From: Utricularia gibba
Lineage: Eukaryota > Plantae > Magnoliophyta
Direction of reading: 5' to 3'
DNA length: 21,045 bases
Assembly (NCBI GenBank): GCA_002189035.1
Contig: NEEC01000460.1
Coordinates: forward strand, 1 to 21,045
Shown: positions 11,101 through 21,045 of the stretch, piece after piece
Numbering within the stretch: the stretch's first letter is position 1
Layout of the letters: each line of letters opens with the position of its first letter
Program-made: the position numbers and the translations under genes
The notes under the pieces: generated by a model
Database searches by the model: none
Told to the model about the DNA's origin: nothing
What the model saw: only the letters and a program-made list of their open reading frames with translations

Positions 11101-14100
11101 ACCCGATGTGGCAAAGGAGTCAGACCGAACCTTGGGTCAGAACGAAGTTCACAACGACATCACCGCCCAAAAACGACAAGCTTTTCCTTGAGAAACCATG
11201 TAGGCAGCCAATTAAAACCCAACGTTAAGAAATGCATCAAGTTTTTTGCCGAGCTACAAATGACTATGGGCCCGAGCTCGACTCGACCTCCTTCTCGATA
11301 CGTTGCCCACGAGAGCGCTCCTCAGATATAAAGCATGCGGTTGAGAAAACCATTTTGGGTGCTCATGACATCCTAACTTCAATAAGTGCATCACGATTTT
11401 CGTCGAGTAGGACCCGATGTGGCAAAGGAAGTTGGGTCAGAACGAAGTTCACAACGACATCCCGCCAAAACGACAAGCTTTTCCTTGAGAAACCATGTAG
11501 GCAGCCAATTAAAACCCAACGTTAAGAAATGCATCAAGTTTTTTGCCGAGCCACAAATGACTATGGGCCCGAGCTCGACTCGACCTCCTTCTCGATACCG
11601 TTGCCCACGAGAGCGCTCCTCAGATATAAAGCATGCGGTTGAGAAAACCATTTTGGGTGCTTGACATCCTAACTTCAATAAGTGCATCACGATTTTCGTC
11701 GAGTAGGACCCGATGTGGCAAAGGAACCTTGGGTCAGAACGAAGTTCACAACCATCACAGCCCAAAAACGACAAGCTTTTCCTTGAGAAACCATGTAGGC
11801 AGCCAATTAAACCCAACGTTAAGAAATGCATCAAGTTTTTTGCCGAGCCACAAATGACTATGGGCCCGAGCTCGACTCGACCTCCTTCTCGATACCGTTG
11901 CCCACGAGAGCGCCTCCTCAGATATAAAGCATGCGGTTGAGAAAACCATTTTGGGTGCTCATGACATCCTAACTTCAATAAGTGCAGCACGATTTTCGTC
12001 GAGTAGGACCCGATGTGGCAAAGGAGTCAGACCGAACTTGGGTCAGAACGAAGTTCACAACGACATCACCGCCCAAAACGACAAGCTTTTCCTTGAGAAA
12101 CCATGTAGGCAGCCATTTAAAACCCAACGTTAAGAAATGCATCAAGTTTTTTGCCGAGCTACAAATGACTATGGGCCGAGCTCGACTCGACCTCTTCTCG
12201 ATACCGTTGCCACGAGAGCGCCTCCTCAGATATAAAGCATGCGGTTGAGAAAACATTTTGGGTGCTTATGACATCCTAACTTCAATAAGTGCATCACGAT
12301 TTTCGTCGAGTAGGACCCGATGTGGCAAAGGAGTCAGACCGAACCTTGGGGTTCACAACGACATCACCCGCCAAAAACGACAAGCTTTTCTTGAGAAACC
12401 ATGTAGGCAGCAATTAAAACCCAACGTTAAGAAATGCATCAAGTTTTTTGCCGAGCCACAAATGACTATGGGCCCGAGCTCGACTCGACCTCCTTCTCGA
12501 TACCGTTGCCCCACGAGAGCGCTCCTCAGATATAAAGCATGCGGTTGAGAAAACCATTTTGGGTCATGACATCCTAACTTCAATAAGTGCAACGATTTTC
12601 GTCGAGTAGGACCCGATGTGGCAAAGGACCTTGGGTCAGAACGAAGTTCACAACGACATCACCGCCCAAAAACGACAAGCTTTTCCTTGAGAAACATGTA
12701 GGCAGCCAATTAAAACCCAACGTTAAGAAATGCATCAAGTTTTTTGCCGAGCTACAAATGACTATGGGCCCGAGCTCGACTCGACTCCTTCTCGATACCG
12801 TTGCCCACGAGAGCGCCTCCTCAGATATAAAGCATGCGGTTGAGAAAACCATTTTGGGTGCTCATGACATCCTAACTTCAATAAGTGCAGCACGATTTTC
12901 GTCGAGTAGGACCGATGTGGCAAAGGAGTCAGACCGAACCTTGGGTCAGAACGAAGTTCACAACGACATCACCGCCCAAAAACGACAAGCTTTTCCTTGA
13001 GAAACCATGTAGGCAGCCAATTAAAACCCAACGTTAAGAAATGCATCAAGTTTTTTGCCGAGCTACAAATGACTATGGGCCGAGCTCGACTCGACCTCCT
13101 TCTCGATACCGTTGCCCCACGAGAGCGCTCCTCAGATATAAAGCATGCGGTTGAGAAAACCATTTTGGGTGCTCATGACATCCTAACTTCAATAAGTGCA
13201 TCACGATTTTCGTCGAGTAGGACCCGATGTGGCAAAGGAGTCAGACCGAACCTTGGGTCAGAACGAAGTTCACAACGACATCACCGCCCAAAAACGACAA
13301 GCTTTTCCTTGAGAAACCATGTAGGCAGCCAATTAAAACCCAACGTTAAGAAATGCATCAAGTTTTTTGCCGAGCTACAAATGACTATGGGCCGAGCTCG
13401 ACTCGACTCCTTCTCGATACCGTTGCCCACGAGAGCGCCTCTCAGATATAAAGCATGCGGTTGAGAAACCATTTTGGGTGCTTATGACATCCTAACTTCA
13501 ATAAGTGCATCACGATTTTCGTCGAGTAGGACCCGATGTGGCAAAGGAGTCAGACCGAACTTGGGTCAGAACGAAGTTCACAACGACATCACCCGCCAAA
13601 AACGACAAGCTTTTCCTTGAGAAACCATGTAGGCAGCCAATTAAAACCCAACGTTAAGAAATGCATCAAGTTTTTTGCCGAGCTACAAATGACTATGGGC
13701 CCGAGCTCGACTCGACCTCCTTCGATACCGTTGCCCACGAGAGCGCTCCTCAGATATAAAGCATGCGGTTGAGAAAACCATTTTGGGTGCTTATGACATC
13801 TAACTTCAATAAGTGCATCACGATTTTCGTCGAGTAGGACCCGATGTGGCAAAGGAACCTTGGGTCAGAACGAAGTTCACAACGACATCACCCCCCAAAA
13901 ACGACAAGCTTTTCCTTGAAAACCATGTAGGCAGCCAATTAAAACCCAACGTTAAGAAATGCATCAAGTTTTTTGCCGAGCCACAAATGACTATGGGCCG
14001 AGCTCGACTCGACCCCTTCTCGATACCGTTGCCCACGAGAGCGCTCTATATAAGCATGCGGTTGAGAAAACCATTTTGGGTGCTCATGACATCCTAACTT

Positions 14101-17100
14101 CAATAAGTGCAGCACGATTTTCGTCGAGTAGGACCCGATGTGGCAAAGGAGTCAGACCGAACCTTGGGTCAGAACGAAGTTCACAACGACATCACGCCCA
14201 AAAACGACAAGCTTTTCCTTGAGAAACCATGTAGGCAGCCAATTAAAACCAACGTTAAGAAATGCATCAAGTTTTTTGCCGAGCTACAAATGACTATGGG
14301 CCCGAGCTCGACTCGACCTCCTTCGATACCGTTGCCCACGAGAGCGCTCCTCAGATATAAAGCATGCGGTTGAGAAAACCATTTTGGGTGCTCATGACAT
14401 CCTAACTTCAATAAGTGCACGATTTTCGTCGAGTAGGACCGATGTGGGGAGTCAGACCGAACCTTGGGTCAGAACGAAGTTCACAACGACATCACCGCCC
14501 AAAACGACAAGCTTTTCCTTGAGAAACCATGTAGGCAGCCAATTAAAACCCAACGTTAAGAAATGCATCAAGTTTTTTGCCGAGCCACAAATGACTATGG
14601 GCCCGAGCTCGACTCGACTCCTTCTCGATACCGTTGCCCACGAGAGCGCCTCTCTCAGATATAAAGCATGCGGTTGAGAAAACCATTTTGGGTGCTCATG
14701 ACATCCTAACTTCAATAAGTGCAGCACGATTTTCGTCGAGTAGGACCCGATGTGGCAAAGGAGTCAGACGAACTTGGGTCAGAACGAAGTTCACAACGAC
14801 ATCACCCGCCAAAACGACAAGCTTTTCCTTGAGAAACCATGTAGGCAGCCAATTAAAACCAACGTTAAGAAATGCATCAAGTTTTTTGCCGAGCTACAAA
14901 TGACTATGGGCCCGAGCTCGACTCGACTCCTTCTCGATACCGTTGCCCACGAGAGCGCCTCCTCAGATATAAAGCATGCGGTTGAGAAAACCATTTTGGG
15001 TGCTTATGACATCTAACTTCAATAAGTGCATCACGATTTTCGTCGAGTAGGACCCGATGTGGCAAAGGAGTCAGACCGAACTTGGGTCAGAACGAAGTTC
15101 ACAACGACATCACCGCCCAAAAACGACAAGCTTTTCCTTGAGAAACCATGTAGGCAGCCAATTAAAACCAACGTTAAGAAATGCATCAAGTTTTTTGCCG
15201 AGCTACAAATGACTATGGGCCCGAGCTCGACTCGACCTCCTTTCGATACCGTTGCCACGAGAGCGCCTCCTCAGATATAAAGCATGCGGTTGAGAAAACC
15301 ATTTTGGGTGCTCATGACATCCTAACTTCAATAAGTGCATCACGATTTTCGTCGAGTAGGACCCGATGTGGCAAAGGAACCTTGGGTCAGAACGAAGTTC
15401 ACAACGACATCACCCGCCCAAAACGACAAGCTTTTCCTTGAGAAACCATGTAGGCAGCCAATTAAAACCCAACGTTAAGAAATGCATCAAGTTTTTTGCC
15501 GAGCACAAATGACTATGGGCCCGAGCTCGACTCGACCTCCTTCGATACCGTTGCCCCACGAGAGCGCTCCTCAGATATAAAGCATGCGGTTGAGAAAACC
15601 ATTTTGGGTGCTCATGACATCCTAACTTCAATAAGTGCAGCACGATTTTCGTCGAGTAGGACCCGATGTGGCAAAGGAGTCAGACCGAACCTTGGGTCAG
15701 AACGAAGTTCACAACGACATCACCCCAAAAACGACAAGCTTTTCCTTGAGAAACCATGTAGGCAGCCAATTAAAACCAACGTTAAGAAATGCATCAAGTT
15801 TTTTGCCGAGCTACAAATGACTATGGGCCCGAGCTCGACTCGACCTCCTTTCGATACCGTTGCCCACGAGAGCGCCTCTCAGATATAAAGCATGCGGTTG
15901 AGAAAACCATTTTGGGTGCTTATGACATCCTAACTTCAATAAGTGCATCACGATTTTCGTCGAGTAGGACCGATGTGGCAAAGGAGTCAGACCGAACCTT
16001 GGGTCAGAACGAAGTTCACAACGACATCACCGCCAAAAACGACAAGCTTTTCCTTGAGAAACCATGTAGGCAGCCAATTAAAACCAACGTTAAGAAATGC
16101 ATCAAGTTTTTTGCCGAGCCACAAATGACTATGGGCCCGAGCTCGACTCGACCTCCTTCTCGATACCGTTGCCCACGAGAGCGCTCCTCAGATATAAAGC
16201 ATGCGGTTGAGAAAACCATTTTGGGTGCTCATGACATCCTAACTTCAATAAGTGCATCACGATTTTCGTCGAGTAGGACCGATGTGGCAAAGGAGTCAGA
16301 CCGAACCTTGGGTCAGAACGAAGTCGACATCACCCGCCAAAAACGACAAGCTTTTCCTTGAGAAACCATGTAGGCAGCCAATTAAAACCAACGTTAAGAA
16401 ATGCATCAAGTTTTTTGCCGAGCTACAAAATGACTATGGGCCGAGCTCGACTCGACCTCCTTCTCGATACCGTTGCCCGAGAGCGCCTCCTCAGATATAA
16501 AGCATGCGGTTGAGAAAACCATTTTGGGTGCTTATGACATCCTAACTTCAATAAGTGCATCAGATTTTCGTCGAGTAGGACCGATGTGGCAAAGGAGTCA
16601 GACCGAACCTTGGGTCAGAACGAAGTTCACAACGACATCACCGCCCAAAAACGACAAGCTTTTCCTTGAGAAACCATGTAGGCAGCCAATTAAAACCCAA
16701 CGTTAAGAAATGCATCAAGTTTTTTGCCGAGCCACAAATGACTATGGGCCCGAGCTCGACTCGACCTCCTTCTCGATACCGTTGCCCACGAGAGCGCCTC
16801 CTCAGATATAAAGCATGCGGTTGAGAAAACATTTTGGGTGCTCATGACATCCTAACTTCAATAAGTGCAGCACGATTTTCGTCGAGTAGGACCCGATGTG
16901 GCAAAGGAGTCAGACGAACCTTGGGTCAGAACGAAGTTCACAACGACATCACCCGCCAAAAACGACAAGCTTTTCTTGAGAAACATGTAGGCAGCCAATT
17001 AAAACCAACGTTAAGAAATGCATCAAGTTTTTTGCCGAGCTACAAATGACTATGGGCCCGAGCTCGACTCGACCTCCTTCGATACCGTTGCCCACGAGAG

Positions 17101-20100
17101 CGCCTCCTCAGATATAAAGCATGCGGTTGAGAAAACCATTTTGGGTGCTTATGACATCCTAACTTCAATAAGTGCAGCACGATTTTCGTCGAGTAGGACC
17201 CGATGTGGCAAAGGAGTCAGACCGAACCTTGGGTCAGAACGAAGTTCACAACGACATCACCCGCCAAAAACGACAAGCTTTTCCTTGAGAAACCATGTAG
17301 GCAGCCAATTAAAACCCAACGTTAAGAAATGCATCAAGTTTTTTGCCGAGCCCAAATGACTATGGGCCCGAGCTCGACTCGACCTCCTTCTCGATACCGT
17401 TGCCCACGAGAGCGCCTCCTCAGATATAAAGCATGCGGTTGAGAAAACCATTTTGGGTGCTCATGACATCCTAACTTCAATAAGTGCAGCACGATTTTCG
17501 TCGAGTAGGACCGATGTGGCAAAGGAGTCAGACGAACCTTGGGTCAGAACGAAGTTCACAACGACATCACCCGCCAAAAACGACAAGCTTTTCCTTGAGA
17601 AACCATGTAGGCAGCCAATTAAAACCCAACGTTAAGAAATGCATCAAGTTTTTTGCCGAGCTACAAATGACTATGGCCCGAGCTCGACTCGACCTCCTTC
17701 TCGATACCGTTGCCCACGAGAGCGCCTCCTCAGATATAAAGCATGCGGTTGAGAAAACCATTTTGGGTGCTCATGACATCCTAACTTCAATAAGTGCAGC
17801 ACGATTTTCGTCGAGTAGGACCGATGTGGCAAAGGAGTCAGACCGAACTTGGGTCAGAACGAAGTTCACAACGACATCACCGCCCAAAAACGACAAGCTT
17901 TTCCTTGAGAAACCATGTAGGCAGCCAATTAAAACCCAACGTTAAGAAATGCATCAAGTTTTTTGCCGAGCTACAAATGACTATGGGCCGAGCTCGACTC
18001 GACCTCCTTCTCGATACCGTTGCCCCACGAGAGCGCCTCTCAGATATAAAGCATGCGGTTGAGAAAACCATTTTGGGTGCTTATGACATCCTAACTTCAA
18101 TAAGTGCATCACGATTTTCGTCGAGTAGGACCCGATGTGGCAAAGGAGTTGGGTCAGAACGAAGTTCACAACGACATCACCCGCCAAAAACGACAAGCTT
18201 TTCCTTGAGAAACCATGTAGGCAGCCAATTAAAACCCAACGTTAAGAAATGCATCAAGTTTTTTGCCGAGCTACAAATGACTATGGGCCCGAGCTCGACT
18301 CGACTCCTTCTCGATACCGTTGCCCACGAGAGCGCCTCCTCAGATATAAAGCATGCGGTTGAGAAAACCATTTTGGGTGCTCATGACATCCTAACTTCAA
18401 TAAGTGCATCACGATTTTCGTCGAGTAGGACCGATGTGGCAAAGGAGTCAGACCGAACCTTGGGTCAGAACGAAGTTCACAACGACATCACCGCCCAAAA
18501 ACGACAAGCTTTTCCTTGAGAAACCATGTAGGCAGCCAATTAAAACCCAACGTTAAGAAATGCATCAAGTTTTTTGCCGAGCTACAAATGACTATGGGCC
18601 CGAGCTCGACTCGACCTCCTTCTCGATACGTTGCCCACGAGAGCGCTCCTCAGATATAAAGCATGCGGTTGAGAAAACCATTTTGGGTGCTCATGACATC
18701 CTAACTTCAATAAGTGCAGCACGATTTTCGTCGAGTAGGACCCGATGTGGCAAAGGAGTCAGACGAACCTTGGGTCAGAACGAAGTTCACAACGACATCA
18801 CCCGCCCAAAAACGACAAGCTTTTCCTTGAGAAACCATGTAGGCAGCCAATTAAAACCCAACGTTAAGAAATGCATCAAGTTTTTTGCCGAGCTACAAAT
18901 GACTATGGGCCCGAGCTCGACTCGACCTCCTTCTCGATACCGTTGCCCCACGAGAGCGCCTCCTCAGATATAAAGCATGCGGTTGAGAAAACCATTTTGG
19001 GTGCTTATGACATCCTAACTTCAATAAGTGCATCACGATTTTCGTCGAGTAGGACCGATGTGGCAAAGGAGTCAGACCGAACCTTGGGTCAGAACGAAGT
19101 TCACAACGACATCACCCGCCAAAAACGACAAGCTTTTCCTTGAGAAACCATGTAGGCAGCCAATTAAAACCCAACGTTAAGAAATGCATCAAGTTTTTTG
19201 CCGAGCTACAAATGACTATGGGCCGAGCTCGACTCGACCTCCTTCGATACCGTTGCCCACGAGAGCGCCTCCTCAGATATAAAGCATGCGGTTGAGAAAA
19301 CCATTTTGGGTGCTTATGACATCCTAACTTCAATAAGTGCATCACGATTTTCGTCGAGTAGGACCGATGTGGCAAAGGAACTTGGGTCAGAACGAAGTTC
19401 ACAACGACATCACCCGCCCAAAAAACGACAAGCTTTTCCTTGAGAAACCATGTAGGCAGCCAATTAAAACCCAACGTTAAGAAATGCATCAAGTTTTTTG
19501 CCGAGCCACAAATGACTATGGGCCCGAGCTCGACTCGACCCCTGCTCGATACCGTTGCCCACGAGAGCGCCTATCAGATATAAAGCATGCGGTTGAGAAA
19601 ACCATTTTGGGTGCTCATGACATCCTAACTTCAATAAGTGCAGCACGATTTTCGTCGAGTAGGACCGATGTGGCAAAGGAGTCAGACCGAACCTTGGGTC
19701 AGAACGAAGTTCACAACGACATCACCCCCAAAAAGACAAGCTTTTCCTTGAGAAACCATGTAGGCAGCCAATTAAAACCCAACGTTAAGAAATGCATCAA
19801 GTTTTTTGCCGAGCTACAAATGACTATGGGCCGAGCTCGACTCGACCTCCTTCTCGATACCGTTGCCCACGAGAGCGCCTCCTCAGATATAAAGCATGCG
19901 GTTGAGAAAACATTTTGGGTGCTCATGACATCCTAACTTCAATAAGTGCATCACGATTTTCGTCGAGTAGGACCCGATGTGGCAAAGGAGTCAGACCGAA
20001 CCTTGGGTCAGAACGAAGTTCACAACGACATCACCGCCCAAAAACGACAAGCTTTTCCTTGAAACCATGTAGGCAGCCAATTAAAACCCAACGTTAAAAT

Positions 20101-21045
20101 GCATCAAGTTTTTTGCCGAGCTACAAATGACTATGGGCCCGAGCTCGACTCGACCTCCTTCTCGATACCGTTGCCCCACGAGAGCGCCTCCTCAGATATA
20201 AAGGCGGTTGAGAAAACCATTTTGGGTGCTCATGACATCCTAACTTCAATAAGTGCATCACGATTTTCGTCGAGTAGGACCCGATGTGGCAAAGGAGTCA
20301 GACCCTTGGGTCAGAACGAAGTTCACAACGACATCACCGCCCAAAAACGACAAGCTTTTCCTTGAGAAACCATGTAGGCAGCCAATTAAAACCCAACGTT
20401 AAGAAATGCATCAAGTTTTTTTGCCGAGCTACAAATGACTATGGGCCCGAGCTCGACTCGACTCCTTCTCGATACCGTTGCCCCACGAGAGCGCCTCCTC
20501 AGATATAAAGCATGCGGTTGAGAAAACCATTTTGGGTGCTCATGACATCCTAACTTCAATAAGTGCATCACGATTTTCGTCGAGTAGGACCCGATGTGGC
20601 AAAGGAGTCAGACCGAACCTTGGGTCAGAACGAAGTTCACAACGACATCACCGCCCAAAAACGACAAGCTTTTCCTTGAGAAACATGTAGGCAGCCAATT
20701 AAAACCAACGTTAAGAAATGCATCAAGTTTTTTGCCGAGCTACAAATGACTATGGGCCGAGCTCGACTCGACCTCCTTCTCGATACCGTTGCCCCACGAG
20801 AGCGCCTCCTCAGATATAAAGCATGCGGTTGAGAAAACCATTTTGGGTGCTTATGACATCCTAACTTCAATAAGTGCATCACGATTTTCGTCGAGTAGGA
20901 CCCGATGTGGCAAAGGAACCTTGGGTCAGAACGAAGTTCACAACGACATCACCCGCCCAAAAACGACAAGCTTTTCCTTGAGAAACCATGTAGGCAGCCA
21001 ATTAAAACCCAACGTTAAGAAATGCATCAAGTTTTTTTGCCGAGC

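Larger units (their letters stand above)
1..21045. repeat. Tandem satellite-type array, 315-bp monomer, about 68.75 head-to-tail copies, all in one orientation
   Basis: The anchor (G/A)ATATAAAGCATGC recurs at 1, 302, 613, 892, 1196, 1491, 1801, 2092, 2398, 2708, 3022, 3328, 3639, 3943, 4254, 4548, 4863, 5178 and so on to 20195, 20502, 20813. That is 68 intervals over 20812 nt (mean 306). The array runs off both ends of the window with no junction to unique sequence. Confidence 0.99.

Noticed and set aside
11-20882. About 170 ORFs in the six-frame track, including 199 aa (11391-11990, -), 190 aa (15789-16361) and 241 aa (17794-18519)
   Set aside because: All are mosaics of the same few monomer frames joined by indels, with internal peptide repetition at the monomer period. 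They have no recognisable domain and no consistent start or stop between copies.
1-21045. CRISPR array or other repeat-spacer system
   Set aside because: There are no unique spacers; the entire 315 bp is repeated. The variable positions are a few biallelic sites, not a variable cassette.
1-21045. Strict higher-order repeat of 7, 9 or 16 monomers (for example 3639-4253 matches 5799-6407)
   Set aside because: C=G and deletion positions show only mild excess at these lags (12, 10 and 12 G-G pairs), with many mismatching neighbours. No fixed period explains the allele order.

Overview
The whole 21,045-nt window is one uninterrupted head-to-tail tandem array of a 315-bp monomer: 68 complete copies plus about 0.75 of a 69th. 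There are no flanks, inversions, insertions of foreign DNA, recognisable genes, RNA genes or CRISPR structure. The cleanest copies (4548-4862 and 4863-5177) are exactly 315 bp and differ at one base; 4548-4862 is 48% GC. Mean copy length is only about 306 bp, mostly from scattered 1-3 nt deletions in homopolymers, which looks like an unpolished long (nanopore-type) read of satellite DNA. All ORFs in the track are frameshifted translations of the same monomer. Beneath the noise there is real structure. (1) The monomer is a diverged dimer of about 157-bp subrepeats (48/67 aligned columns identical in the core). (2) Three biallelic sites are linked within and across monomers 110-180 bp apart, giving a loose two-monomer (about 630-bp) higher-order pattern. 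(3) A recurrent 10-bp deletion removes one copy of an internal direct repeat. (4) A rare multi-base variant recurs 38 monomers apart. (5) One reading frame has a single stop per monomer. The organism and family are not established. Size, a single SacI site and AT content are compatible with the about 313-bp subtelomeric satellite I recall from Silene latifolia, but that is an unverified hypothesis. I found no evidence for a novel gene system; the interest lies in repeat architecture and turnover.
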